This document shows, piece after piece, positions 35,837-45,197 of a stretch of DNA of 64,000 bases. The stretch comes from Methanobacteriota archaeon (GTDB taxonomy: Archaea > Thermoplasmatota > Thermoplasmata > UBA10834). The DNA lies in assembly GCA_020347565.1 (NCBI GenBank), contig CP070732.1, positions 861,216 to 925,215 on the forward strand. Reading direction: 5' to 3'. The translations under genes were made by a program, and so were the position numbers. Under the pieces are notes generated by a model. That model saw nothing but the letters and a program-made list of their open reading frames with translations. It made no database searches and was not told the DNA's origin. Numbering within the stretch: position 1 is the stretch's first letter; every line of letters begins with the position of its first letter.

Positions 35837-35841
35837 TCCAC

Positions 35842-36039
35842 TCAGCCCTTCCCTGGCTTTAGGAGTATCTCGTGCTTGACCAGGTTCGCCTCGTCGAGCA
35901 CGGCACCCTCCACGAGCTTGCGCTCCCCGAGGGTGTCCAAACATACTACGCCCTCCGGGACGATCATGACCTTCGCCGCCTCCTGCATTACCAGGGTGCG
36001 TTCGTCTCCGCTTACCAGATAGACTGCCGATTCACACAT
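35842..36039 (-). CDS. cooT: CooT-like small nickel-binding protein
   Basis: The 65-aa protein starts MCESAVYLVSG... (Cys2). Its size and alternating hydrophobic pattern resemble RrCooT (MCMAKVVLT...). It is co-transcribed upstream of cooC2. Confidence 0.55.
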   Translation of the reverse strand: MCESAVYLVSGDERTLVMQEAAKVMIVPEGVVCLDTLGERKLVEGAVLDEANLVKHEILLKPGKG

Positions 36040-36093
36040 GATGGTTGCTCCTAGCCCCACGGCGTCGTGATGGCTCCGGCCGCATCGCCGTGC

Positions 36094-36498
36094 TCAGTCG
36101 ACGGAATACTCAGCGATCTGCCCGATGACGGCCTTGGCGCCGTCATAGTCGTCTACGCCGAACACGAACCTGAGCTTATCGCCCTCCTGCCCGCTGAGGT
36201 AGCTCGTCTCGACTACCACACCGGCGCTGAGGAGCGCTCTGGCGGCCTTCATCCACTGCCCGGGCTTGTTGTACATCTGCACGACCAAGACCTTGCGCTC
36301 CTTGAAGGGCAGGTCGGACTTCATGAAGGTTCTCCTGCACTCCTCCTCGCAGCCGGTCAGGAACTTAATGACGTACTTGTCGTCAACCTTGGCGGTCGCT
36401 ATCGTGTCAAGGTTGACTTGGTGCTCGGCCAGGAGGCTTATCGCGTTCAGTAGGTTCTCGCTCGATCCGTCGACGGACAGCTCGAATTCCGTTGTCAT
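36094..36498 (-). CDS. ACT-domain protein
   Basis: The 134-aa protein has two beta-alpha-beta-beta-alpha-beta-like halves (…EFELSVDGSSENLLNAISLLAEHQVNLDTIAT… and …VLVVQMYNKPGQWMKAARALLSAGVVVETSY…). A GGGGGAG Shine-Dalgarno precedes the ATG at 36498. Confidence 0.5.
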   Translation of the reverse strand: MTTEFELSVDGSSENLLNAISLLAEHQVNLDTIATAKVDDKYVIKFLTGCEEECRRTFMKSDLPFKERKVLVVQMYNKPGQWMKAARALLSAGVVVETSYLSGQEGDKLRFVFGVDDYDGAKAVIGQIAEYSVD

Positions 36499-36747
36499 CG
36501 AAAACTCCCCCGAGGGCGTCTTTCCAGGATAATGCGATGCCATGTATATATTCTGTACCCAAGACGCTGCGATTGTCGACTCCGACACGGAGCGCGGTTG
36601 CCAGAACTCGTAACGTCGTGCGTGCTGCATCATAGCGTGCTATCACGGCTCTATCGATTGGCTTTCGAAACAGCGGACGGGTCGGCGATCGACCGCAAGC
36701 GAGATTACCACGTTCCATGCTACTGAGGATGAGAGGCTGAAAGGACC

Positions 36748-37524
36748 GTGCCGCCCAGGATCTCCTTTGACCACGTGGCAGATGTGTATGATGAGACGAG
36801 GGCGTATGCTCAAGGCGTGACGGACCTGATAGGCGAGGCGTTGGAGAGGGTCGTCTCGAAGGAGTCGCGACTGCTCGAGGTCGGCGTGGGCACGGGGCGG
36901 ACTGCCCACCCGCTGACTGAGAGGGGATTCGACATCACAGGCGTCGACATATCGACAGGGATGCTGTCGAAGGCGAGGGCCAAAGGCCTGAGGAGACTGC
37001 TCATCGCCGATGCGACAGCGCTCCCGTTCGCCGACCTCGCGTTCGACCATGTCCTCAGTGCGCACCTCACACATCTCATCAGCGATTGGCGCCATGCCCT
37101 GGCGGAGATAGGCCGCGTCGCGAGCGGGCTCTATCTTTCGGTCATCAACGAGAGGATAGGGTGCCAGGCCGAGGAGATGCAGAGGGCGTATGAGGATCTG
37201 TGCGCCGAGGACGGCTTCGAGGTGCGCCATCCGGGCATGAGGGAGAGGGAGATCGCTGACATCGTGGCACCGCTGAAGACGATCGACATCGCCGACAGCA
37301 CCGAGAGCGTCCCCGTGGAGAAGGCGATAGGGCGGTACAGGTCGAGGTGCTTCTCGGACCAGTGGAGCGTGCCGGACGACGTGCACGAGAACGCCATGAG
37401 GAAACTGGAGAGGATGTACGCTGGCGTTAAGGAACTGGACCGCAGGGAGAAGACCCGGCTCTTCATCTGGAGCGCAGGCTATATCCGGGAGTGCGCATCC
37501 GAGCCTGTGCGCACGCCCGAGTGA
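36748..37524 (+). CDS. Class I SAM-dependent methyltransferase
   Basis: SAM-binding motif I reads LLEVGVGTGRTAHPL. Motifs post I and II (DISTGML; RLLIADATALPFADLAFDHVL) follow. The start is GTG with an upstream GAAAGGA. Confidence 0.7.
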   Translation: MPPRISFDHVADVYDETRAYAQGVTDLIGEALERVVSKESRLLEVGVGTGRTAHPLTERGFDITGVDISTGMLSKARAKGLRRLLIADATALPFADLAFDHVLSAHLTHLISDWRHALAEIGRVASGLYLSVINERIGCQAEEMQRAYEDLCAEDGFEVRHPGMREREIADIVAPLKTIDIADSTESVPVEKAIGRYRSRCFSDQWSVPDDVHENAMRKLERMYAGVKELDRREKTRLFIWSAGYIRECASEPVRTPE

Positions 37525-37639
37525 AGCGGCCACTTTCGCCTGCCTGCAGCGAATCGCTTTATATCATCGGAGCTTGTGTATTCACCTGGCAGCAGAGTGT
37601 AACAAACGGCTGCCTGAACACACGCAGAGGGGGTTTCTG

Positions 37640-38959
37640 ATGGGAGAGAACAAACTAGCGCCCCATGTGGAGGACGTCGCCAGGGCGCTCGGGAGCAAGT
37701 TGTCTGAAGAGGAGATAGAGAGCGAGCTGAAGGAGTACATAGAGGTCTACAAGCTCACCATTCCCATGGCCAAGAAGACCATGGTGAAGAAGCACGGCGG
37801 CGATGCCAGCGCCTTCACGACCGGCTTCCAGAGGAAGCTGGCCGAGCTGAGACCGAACGAGCCGAACGTGGATTTCGTGGCGAGGGTGGTGACCGCGAAT
37901 GACAAGACGATCGAGGCCAAGGGCGAGAAGAGGCGGATAATGTACGGCCTGCTGGGAGACGACACGACCACGCTCCCCTACACCGTGTGGGAGCCCGAGG
38001 GGATGCAGCTGGAGAAGGGGGACGTCGTGTCTGTCAAGGGCGCGTACACCAGGGAGTACCGCGGAAGGGTCGAGGTGCACTTCGGAAACCGGGTCACTGT
38101 CCGCAGGGAGGACCCGGCGACCATAGACGCGTCGGATGTGGCGCAGGGGCCGCCCAAGGTCGTGACAATCAACCAGATACGGGACAGCATGGGCTACATC
38201 GAGGTGAAGGCGCGCGTGCTTTCCGTCGAGCCCAAGGACGTCACCGTGCAGGGCGAGGAGAAGACGATATACACCGGCACCATGGCCGACCAGACGGGAC
38301 GGATACAGTTCACTGCATGGTCAGACTTCCATCTGAAGCCAGGCGAGCTCGTCAAGATATCGAAGGCAACGGCCAAAAGCTGGAGGAGTATACCCCAGGT
38401 GAACTTCGATGACCGGGCGGAGCTGCTGCGCGTGAAGGAGAAGTTCCCGACGGCAGAGGAGCTCAGCAGGACGAGCATCGTGCCCATCTCGGACGTCGCT
38501 CAAAGAGGCGGCGCGGCGGACGTGTCGGTGAGAGGGACCATAGTCGAGGTCAGGGATGGCTCCGGCCTGATCATGCGCTGTCAGGAGTGCAAGCGGGCGT
38601 TGCAGAAGGGCACGTGCAAGGTTCACGGCCGCGTCGAGGGCTACCCCGACCTGAGGATAAAGGCTGTAATCGACGACGGGACTGGATCGGTCAGCACAGT
38701 GTTCGGCAGGGAGATAACTGAGAAGCTCATGGGCTTCACGCTCGACGAGTGCATGGACAAGGCACGGCAGGCGATGAACTTCGACGCCGTCAAGGATTCC
38801 CTAGACGAGGCGCTGCTGTTCAGAATAGTCGACATTGGAGGCAACGTAACGGCCGACGCGTACGGGCTTTCGATGATAGCCAAGGAGGCAGAGCTGGTGA
38901 CCCCAGACTCGAAGGAGGATATAGAGACCCTCCTCGTCGACCTGGAGGAAACGAAATGA
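37640..38959 (+). CDS. rpa: Replication factor A (RPA, ssDNA-binding) with tandem OB folds and C4 zinc ribbon
   Basis: OB-fold repeats (…VDFVARVV…; …GYIEVKARVL…; …VSVRGTIVEV…) and a zinc ribbon CQECKRALQKGTCKVHGRV are present. A GAGGGGGT Shine-Dalgarno lies before the ATG at 37640. Confidence 0.8.
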   Translation: MGENKLAPHVEDVARALGSKLSEEEIESELKEYIEVYKLTIPMAKKTMVKKHGGDASAFTTGFQRKLAELRPNEPNVDFVARVVTANDKTIEAKGEKRRIMYGLLGDDTTTLPYTVWEPEGMQLEKGDVVSVKGAYTREYRGRVEVHFGNRVTVRREDPATIDASDVAQGPPKVVTINQIRDSMGYIEVKARVLSVEPKDVTVQGEEKTIYTGTMADQTGRIQFTAWSDFHLKPGELVKISKATAKSWRSIPQVNFDDRAELLRVKEKFPTAEELSRTSIVPISDVAQRGGAADVSVRGTIVEVRDGSGLIMRCQECKRALQKGTCKVHGRVEGYPDLRIKAVIDDGTGSVSTVFGREITEKLMGFTLDECMDKARQAMNFDAVKDSLDEALLFRIVDIGGNVTADAYGLSMIAKEAELVTPDSKEDIETLLVDLEETK

Positions 38960-39873
38960 ACGCCCGCGAGGTCTCGTGGCGAGTCTTCGCGGACGAGTAC
39001 AGCTCATCGACCATGGAGTATCGGGGCGAGGGCGAGAAGCCCGTGTCGTACATCGTCACGCCGCTCGGCGCCAGGGTCAACCGCATGCTCGCCGTCGGCG
39101 TGATCACGGAGATCGAAGATGTCGGCGAGGGGGACAAGCCAAGGTACCGCGCACGCCTGGCCGACCTGACCGGGACGTTCTACATCTCCGCAGGGGAGTA
39201 CCAGCCGGAGGCCGCGACGGCGCTCTCGAAGATGTCGCCTCCGGCGTTCGCCGCGGTCGTTGGCAAGAGCCGTGCTTACTCGCCCGAGGAGGGCGTCAAG
39301 TACCTGAGCATCCGCCCGGAGCGGATAAGGGAGGTGGATGCCGCCACCAGAGACTACTGGGTGCTGGAGACTGCGAGGAGCACGCTCACGAGGATAGACG
39401 CGACGGGCGAGGCTGCTAGGATGAGCCAGCCGACGGCAGGCGAGATGATGCGCCTGGGATTCCCGGAGGGGCTGGCGGATGGTGTGGTGCTCGCGGCGGA
39501 GTACTACGGAGATGTCGACCTGGACAGGTTCAGAGGGGTCATCAGGGACGCCCTCAGGGCCGTCCTGCCGGACGGCGCGAGCGCGCCGAAGGCCCCGGAG
39601 GCCGAAAGGACGAAGGCGCCTGAAGAGGCCAGGCGCGAGGGCGCGGCCCGGGAGGAGATGCAGGAGCTCGAGGTCGGCGCGGACGAGGAGGAGACGGTAC
39701 TCGGCATCATCGACGCCCTGGCCGACGGGCCGAAGGGCGCCCAGTGGGAGAGGATAGTGGAAGCCGCCAAGGAGAAGAAGATCGACAAGGTAAGGCTCGA
39801 GGAGGTCGTCTCCGCGCTGCTGGACAAGGGGGACATATACGAGCCCGAACTCGGAATGATGAAGCGCATTTAG
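38956..39873 (+). CDS. RPA-associated protein (COG3390-like OB-fold protein) with acidic/basic C-terminal region
   Basis: The start overlaps the RPA stop (ATGA). An N-terminal OB-like domain is followed by a low-complexity E/A/R-rich segment. The assignment rests on memory of the RPA-RPAP gene pair in Euryarchaeota. Confidence 0.55.
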   Translation: MNAREVSWRVFADEYSSSTMEYRGEGEKPVSYIVTPLGARVNRMLAVGVITEIEDVGEGDKPRYRARLADLTGTFYISAGEYQPEAATALSKMSPPAFAAVVGKSRAYSPEEGVKYLSIRPERIREVDAATRDYWVLETARSTLTRIDATGEAARMSQPTAGEMMRLGFPEGLADGVVLAAEYYGDVDLDRFRGVIRDALRAVLPDGASAPKAPEAERTKAPEEARREGAAREEMQELEVGADEEETVLGIIDALADGPKGAQWERIVEAAKEKKIDKVRLEEVVSALLDKGDIYEPELGMMKRI

Positions 39874-39919
39874 AGAATAGACGCAAAGGGGTTTGCGAAG
39901 AAGACAGTCCAAGCCTCGA

Positions 39920-40369
39920 TCAATTGCCGAACTCGTCCTTCGATACCGCGACCAGTATGAGACCGATCAGCCCAAGTATCGACGGGATTGTCAGTATGCC
40001 CGCCAGCAACGCCAAGACGAAGTTCTTCTTCTGGGTCGCAAATATGCCGCCGAGCAACGCCAGTATTCCGAGGACGAGCACAACAGCTCCGCAGACTACC
40101 GCAGCCGCGCCTTCACCCACGTCGGCCCAGGACCAAAGGGCGCCACCGGCGACCATCAATCCTCCACCTATGAAGTACATGATGCTCGCGATGATTATCA
40201 GGATACCTCCCACGAGCGGCATAGCGCTGTCCTTCTTCTGGGTCTGCCCGGGTGCTGCCATCACCGCCCTGAAATCGTGTCCGCAGTAGGGACATACGTT
40301 CGCATCCCAGGAGATCGAACGTCCGCAGGACACGCAGTTCCTGGGTTGCTGGGATTGTGCTTCAGACAT
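39920..40369 (-). CDS. Zinc-ribbon + polytopic membrane protein (paralog 1)
   Basis: The protein begins MSEAQSQQPRNCVSCGRSISWDANVCPYCGHDFR, followed by ~4 TM helices, and ends ...LILVAVSKDEFGN. A GGAAAGGTGA Shine-Dalgarno lies upstream. Confidence 0.55.
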   Translation of the reverse strand: MSEAQSQQPRNCVSCGRSISWDANVCPYCGHDFRAVMAAPGQTQKKDSAMPLVGGILIIIASIMYFIGGGLMVAGGALWSWADVGEGAAAVVCGAVVLVLGILALLGGIFATQKKNFVLALLAGILTIPSILGLIGLILVAVSKDEFGN

Positions 40370-40468
40370 GGTTCACCTTTCCCTGTAGTGAGCGGTGTAT
40401 GCCAGGACACTGCTCATGCTACCCGAAGATACCTGGACATTATAAAACGGTTGGCATGTCCCACTGGT

Positions 40469-41002
40469 TCAGTAGTGGTATTCAGACTTCTCGAGGCGCT
40501 CCGCGGCCTGCTCGAACTCGTCCTTGGACAAGGCTACCAGTATAACCCCGATCAGCCCGAGGAGGCTTCCCACAAGGAACCCGAGGCCAACGAGTCCGAA
40601 TATGCCGCCCACCAAGGCGAGATAGAAATGTCTGCGCATGAGGGCGAACACGCCTCCGAGCACAGCTATGGTTCCGAAGACGAACTCCAGACCGCCGCAC
40701 ACGTTCAGTATTTCCTCAAGGTCTTCCAGAGAAATCTCACTCTGCGACACGGGCGTGTACCCAGCCTCTTCGAAGTCATCTGCGTCCATGCTGAGGTATA
40801 GTGCGCCCATGGCTATTGCCAGGAGGCCCGCGATGATTATCAGTGCGCCAGCAACGATAGGCTTCGCGCTCTTCACCACGACCGGCACGGGCTGCATCGC
40901 GCTTCTGTAGTCATGGCCGCAGTACGGACAGACGTTCGCATGCCAGTCGATCTTCCGTCCACAGGAAACACAGGTTCTCGGAGGCTGGCTCGGCTGAGGC
41001 AT
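40469..41002 (-). CDS. Zinc-ribbon + polytopic membrane protein (paralog 2)
   Basis: The protein begins MPQPSQPPRTCVSCGRKIDWHANVCPYCGHDYR, followed by TM helices and an acidic insert, and ends ...VILVALSKDEFEQ.... It is clearly paralogous to the downstream gene. An alternative start lies at 41047. Confidence 0.55.
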   Translation of the reverse strand: MPQPSQPPRTCVSCGRKIDWHANVCPYCGHDYRSAMQPVPVVVKSAKPIVAGALIIIAGLLAIAMGALYLSMDADDFEEAGYTPVSQSEISLEDLEEILNVCGGLEFVFGTIAVLGGVFALMRRHFYLALVGGIFGLVGLGFLVGSLLGLIGVILVALSKDEFEQAAERLEKSEYHY

Positions 41003-41109
41003 AGCCGACACGATACCTTCGCCGGATTCGTATGTCCCTCGCTCCATTCACGTCACCCACGCAGCTGGAACAGCATCCAGGCGTGTATTGCGATTGGCTA
41101 CGGAGTATA

Positions 41110-41676
41110 TCATGATTTCCGATTGTCGCCGACAGAATCGGTTTCCGACTGCTCTCGCTTCCTGTCAGCCTCATCCTTCAGCGCGACCAGGAATAGCGCA
41201 AGAAGCAGAGCCAGGGAGATGCCTGCGATGACGCCAGTGGTGATCCTCAGTGGGTTCGTCGATTCGTAATCGGTCACGGCCTGGAGCCCCCCATCGATTC
41301 CTATCGGTACCAGACCCAGTAGGAGCAAGAGGGGGTTCACGGACGTCGTGACGAACACGGCTACCCCCGATGCGACCGCGAGGCCGATGAAGAGCCCCAG
41401 GTCACGCGAGCAGAAAGGCATCTGGTTGCCGTTGAGGAAGTAGCTTCTCTCGGAGATCTGATGACATTGGCTGTCGCCGATCGTGTACACGGCTCTGGGC
41501 AGCAGGTCGAGGTCGGAGAACGCCTCCGCGTTGTCTCTCATCCCCACCACGCCCGAGAGGTCCGTCAGCGTACCCTCGGGGACAAGGTAAGGTGAAAGAA
41601 CGACGAGCACGAGCCACACAGACGTGACGACGAACATCATGAGCACTGCGAGAGATGTTATCCTCGGAAGGCGCAT
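41110..41676 (-). CDS. DUF2085-like membrane protein
   Basis: The protein has four TM helices and the conserved motif ...YTIGDSQCHQISERSYFLNGNQMPFCSRDLGLFIG.... The family assignment comes from memory of the DUF2085 motif. Confidence 0.5.
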   Translation of the reverse strand: MRLPRITSLAVLMMFVVTSVWLVLVVLSPYLVPEGTLTDLSGVVGMRDNAEAFSDLDLLPRAVYTIGDSQCHQISERSYFLNGNQMPFCSRDLGLFIGLAVASGVAVFVTTSVNPLLLLLGLVPIGIDGGLQAVTDYESTNPLRITTGVIAGISLALLLALFLVALKDEADRKREQSETDSVGDNRKS

Positions 41677-41705
41677 CGAGACCTTGATGATGAGCGGCCC
41701 TAATG

Positions 41706-42521
41706 TTACTTTTCAATCACAACGGCCGCGTACCCCACAACGTCGCGCATCGGCCTGACACCGCCCGATGTAGCCCACTTCAGGACGCGCGCCTTACCGC
41801 CTTCGCAAGCGGTCATCATGGCCATGACCGGCCCGTATCCACACATGGATATGCTCTCTTCCATGACGACGTCGTACAATCCCTTGACGTCCATGCGCTC
41901 GATTGCCTCCAGAGCCATGCCGTCCTTCTCGCGCGCCGTCTCGCTGGTGACGTAGTGCGAGAAGTCCGTGGACGCCACGACGATCGCGTCCTTGCCGCGC
42001 ACGGCGTCCCTGACCGTCTCGCCCAAGGATCTGGCGGCGTCGTAGTCCTGGAAGGCCATGCATATGGGGACGAACTTGAACTCCTCAGAGATGTACTGTA
42101 TGAACGGAAGCTGGACCTCGATGGAGTGCTCGTAATGGTGCGCCTTAGGGTCCACGTCCACGAGATCCTTTCTCATGGCTGCGGCAAGCTCCTGGTCCAC
42201 CTTTGCGACCCCCAGGGGCGTCTCGAAGTCCTCCATCGCCAGGGCGACGCCTGAGCCGCTCCCCGTGTGATTGGGACCGATGATGACGAAGGTACCGGGC
42301 ACGCCATCGGAGGCGATCGCGTCATACAGGTGTGCTGCGACGGGACCCGAGAACATCAGACCCGCGTGTGGGGAGACGCCCCCCAGTATGTTCCTGGAGC
42401 CGTTACCTTTCGAAGGCAAGTGCTGCGGCCCGATAGGACTCTTGAAGCATTCCTCGACCTCACGCCTGAGGCCCTTCTCGTCACCTGAGTAGAATTGACC
42501 AGCGACAGCGGGACTCCTCAT
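41706..42521 (-). CDS. MEMO1-family protein (AmmeMemoRadiSam system protein B)
   Basis: The protein begins MRSPAVAGQFYSGD. The motifs ...GGVSPHAGLMFSG..., ...VIIGPNH... and ...STDFSHY... are typical of the MEMO1/AmmeMemoRadiSam protein B family. A GGAG Shine-Dalgarno lies upstream. Confidence 0.8.
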   Translation of the reverse strand: MRSPAVAGQFYSGDEKGLRREVEECFKSPIGPQHLPSKGNGSRNILGGVSPHAGLMFSGPVAAHLYDAIASDGVPGTFVIIGPNHTGSGSGVALAMEDFETPLGVAKVDQELAAAMRKDLVDVDPKAHHYEHSIEVQLPFIQYISEEFKFVPICMAFQDYDAARSLGETVRDAVRGKDAIVVASTDFSHYVTSETAREKDGMALEAIERMDVKGLYDVVMEESISMCGYGPVMAMMTACEGGKARVLKWATSGGVRPMRDVVGYAAVVIEK

Positions 42522-42600
42522 GGATATTCAACTCCCTCGAGATACGGAGCTATGGCTCAGCACAAGTAATAGCTTTTTCCAATGTCGGTGTCGCGGCAGA

Positions 42601-43242
42601 CTACAACGACGCCTCGAAATCCTCTACCGGCATCTTGAAGTCATCGTCCGTTTTGATGGCGCCCCTTGCCCTGAGGACCTCGCGCGCGAGTAGCCAGTAG
42701 ATCGTCGCGAGCGCTCGCCGCCCCTTGTTGTTCGAGGGCACCACGAGATCGACGTTTCTGGTCTCGTTGTTGGCATCGCATATGGCCACGATAGGTATGC
42801 CTATGCTGAGGGCCTCCGACAGCGCCTGATCGTCCGCCGCAGGATCGGTCACGAGTACCATCTCCGGCTCCGCGAAGCCAGGCAGGATCGGATTGGTCAG
42901 CGAGCCCGGTACGAACCTGCCAGCGACGATCGAGGTGCCGACCGTCTTGGCGAAGACCTTCGCGGGCTTCTGGCCGTACTGCCTCGCCGACACCACGAGC
43001 ACTCGTTCCGGCTGAAACCGAGCGATGAATCTGGCGGCCACCCTGATGCGCTCATCCGTCTTCTTGACGTCTAATACGTACAGGCCGTCCGACCTGACCT
43101 TGAAAATGAAATCCTTCATGTCGGCGCTCTTCTGCTGAGTGCCGATGTGGACGCCGGACGTCAGGTACACGTCTTCCGGTATGAGAAGCCGCGACTCTGG
43201 CGCTTCCGTCTCACCCGTCTCCGGTATCGCCTGCTCTTCCAT
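42601..43242 (-). CDS. rps2: 30S ribosomal protein S2 (uS2), archaeal type
   Basis: The protein contains ...[13 protein letters not shown]...DGLYVLDV...[13 protein letters not shown]...TDPAAD..., the canonical uS2 motifs. Length is 213 aa. Confidence 0.9.
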   Translation of the reverse strand: MEEQAIPETGETEAPESRLLIPEDVYLTSGVHIGTQQKSADMKDFIFKVRSDGLYVLDVKKTDERIRVAARFIARFQPERVLVVSARQYGQKPAKVFAKTVGTSIVAGRFVPGSLTNPILPGFAEPEMVLVTDPAADDQALSEALSIGIPIVAICDANNETRNVDLVVPSNNKGRRALATIYWLLAREVLRARGAIKTDDDFKMPVEDFEASL

Positions 43243-43251
43243 CTGAAAACC

Positions 43252-43425
43252 TCAATCCTCTCGCTTGACAGTCATCGGTATCGCGCCCGTGTCGAACTCT
43301 ATTATGGATATCTCAATCGGGTCAATCATCTCGTCCGGTATGTCCACGAGCACCGGCGCGCCCATGCTGATCTGCAGCGCCCTGGCGCCGATGATCCTTG
43401 CCCTCTCAAACCGAGTATACCTCAC
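43252..43425 (-). CDS. rpoK: DNA-directed RNA polymerase subunit K (Rpo6/RpoK)
   Basis: The protein reads (GTG)[29 protein letters not shown].... This is the canonical RpoK core (compare MJ: [26 protein letters not shown]). It is 57 aa from the GTG with a GAGAGG upstream. The track ORF is longer (43560), and the start is uncertain. Confidence 0.7.
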   Translation of the reverse strand: MRYTRFERARIIGARALQISMGAPVLVDIPDEMIDPIEISIIEFDTGAIPMTVKRED

Positions 43426-43724
43426 AGTGGTGACCTCTCTGTGGAGGTATCCCCTAAAATATGGCCCCTTTATATACGTTTGGGGCGTGAGGGCTGTGCT
43501 GGTCGAATAGGCGAAGCTCGTCACGCTCGTCTGCAGGCTCGAGGCGCCGCCCCCCGACAAGAGCCTTTGCCTGCCCGTCCCGAGGCGCCCGTATGCAGCT
43601 TTCGCCTGATACGGTTATCGTATGCACATGTTCGAAATCGCCGTTTTCCGCGCCCGAATGCGCAGGTGAAACCACAACCGATTTATCAAGCGTTCGCTTA
43701 CAGCCAAGCAAGGAGAGCATTGTC

Positions 43725-45065
43725 ATGGCAGAAGTTCCCGACATCAAGGTGGAGCCTCCAGGCCCGGAGGCCAAGAAGGCTGTCGCAGCCGACGACGAAT
43801 GGCTCGTCAAGGCGACGAAGTCCTGGCCGCTCGTGTTCAAGAAGGCAGAAGGGGCTGTCATCGAGGACGTCGATGGCAACAGATACATCGACTTCTACGC
43901 CGGGGTTGGAGTGCTGAACGTGGGGGCTAGGCATCCAAAGGTCGTCGCAGCGGTGAAGGACCAGGTAGACAAGTACACGCACGTGGCAGGCACGGACTTC
44001 TACTGTCAGCTCCAGAACGAAGTGGCGGAGAGACTCGCCAAGTCCATACCAGGGGACAGGAGGATGGTCTTCTTCTCCAACACGGGCTCGGAGTCCTACG
44101 AGTCGGCAATCAAGATAGCCAAGTGGGCGACGAGGAAGCAGGTGATAATGGACTTCCTGGGCGCGTTCCACGGCAGGACCACAGGCTCGATGTCTCTGAC
44201 GGCGAGCAAGTGGGTCCAGAGGGAAGGATACACGGCGACCCTGATGCCCGGAGTCTACCATGTGCCATATGCTTACTGCTACAGATGCATGTACAACCTC
44301 GAGTACCCAAGCTGCGCGATGTACTGCGTCAAGGCTGTCGAGGACATCTACTTCGAGAACCAGATACCGCCGAGCGAGTTGGCCGCGATAAGCATGGAGG
44401 TCGTCCAGGGCGAAGGCGGCTACGTGGTACCGCCGAAGGAGTTCGTCAAGGGCATCTACGAGCTCACCAGAAAGCACAGGTGCCTTCTGATAGACGACGA
44501 GGTCCAGTCCGGCATGGGCAGGACAGGCAAGATGTGGGCGTTCGAGCATTTCGACATAGTTCCTGATATCGTATGCAGCGCAAAGTCGCTCGGAGGCGGC
44601 CTGCCGCTGGGCGCCACGATTGTCGACGCGAAACTCGCGTTCGACAGATATGGCAGGCATTCGAACACTTTCGGCGGAGCGTCTCTGTCGCACGCTGCTG
44701 CGCTCGCGACACTCGACGTCATCGAGGAGGAGAAGCTCCTGGACCGCGCAACGAAGCTGGGCGAGAAGACGAAGAAGAGGCTGGAGGAGATGCAGGACGA
44801 GTACGAGATCATCGGCGACACGAGAGGCGTCGGCATGATGCTCGCCCACGAGTTCGTTCAGAACAGGAAGACGAAGAAGCACGCCTCGAAGAGCAGGGAC
44901 AGGATCACGGAGATAGCCTTCAAGAAGGGCGTGATGCTGCTTCCGTGCGGCAGGTCCGTGGTGAGGTACATCCCACCCCTCAACATCCCCGAGGAGCAAC
45001 TCGACAAGGGCTTCGACATAGTCGAGGAATGCATCAAGACCGTGGACAAGGACCGGGCGGACTAA
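43725..45065 (+). CDS. Class III PLP-dependent aminotransferase (4-aminobutyrate/acetylornithine aminotransferase family)
   Basis: The protein contains ...DVDGNRYIDFYAGVGVLNVGARHPKVVAAVKDQ...LIDDEVQSGMGRTGKMWAFEH...CSAKSLGGGLPLGA..., the AT-III fingerprint including the Schiff-base Lys. A GGAGAG Shine-Dalgarno lies upstream. Confidence 0.85.
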   Translation: MAEVPDIKVEPPGPEAKKAVAADDEWLVKATKSWPLVFKKAEGAVIEDVDGNRYIDFYAGVGVLNVGARHPKVVAAVKDQVDKYTHVAGTDFYCQLQNEVAERLAKSIPGDRRMVFFSNTGSESYESAIKIAKWATRKQVIMDFLGAFHGRTTGSMSLTASKWVQREGYTATLMPGVYHVPYAYCYRCMYNLEYPSCAMYCVKAVEDIYFENQIPPSELAAISMEVVQGEGGYVVPPKEFVKGIYELTRKHRCLLIDDEVQSGMGRTGKMWAFEHFDIVPDIVCSAKSLGGGLPLGATIVDAKLAFDRYGRHSNTFGGASLSHAAALATLDVIEEEKLLDRATKLGEKTKKRLEEMQDEYEIIGDTRGVGMMLAHEFVQNRKTKKHASKSRDRITEIAFKKGVMLLPCGRSVVRYIPPLNIPEEQLDKGFDIVEECIKTVDKDRAD

Positions 45066-45110
45066 CATTCGCAGGCACGCCCCGCCCAGCACAAACCCGC
45101 TTGGCTTTCC

Positions 45111-45146
45111 GGCCCGGCGGAACGCCGGGCCATATTCCTTTTCGTC
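45111..45146 (+). terminator. Perfect 9-bp stem hairpin (GGCCCGGCG-gaa-CGCCGGGCC) followed by a T-rich tract (atattccttttcgtc)
   Basis: This was read directly from the sequence. It lies 46 nt downstream of the aminotransferase stop and looks like an intrinsic terminator. Confidence 0.5.
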
Positions 45147-45197
45147 TACCATTAAATACGACCATGAGTCTAGGTACGGCAAGGAAATGGTGACTCC

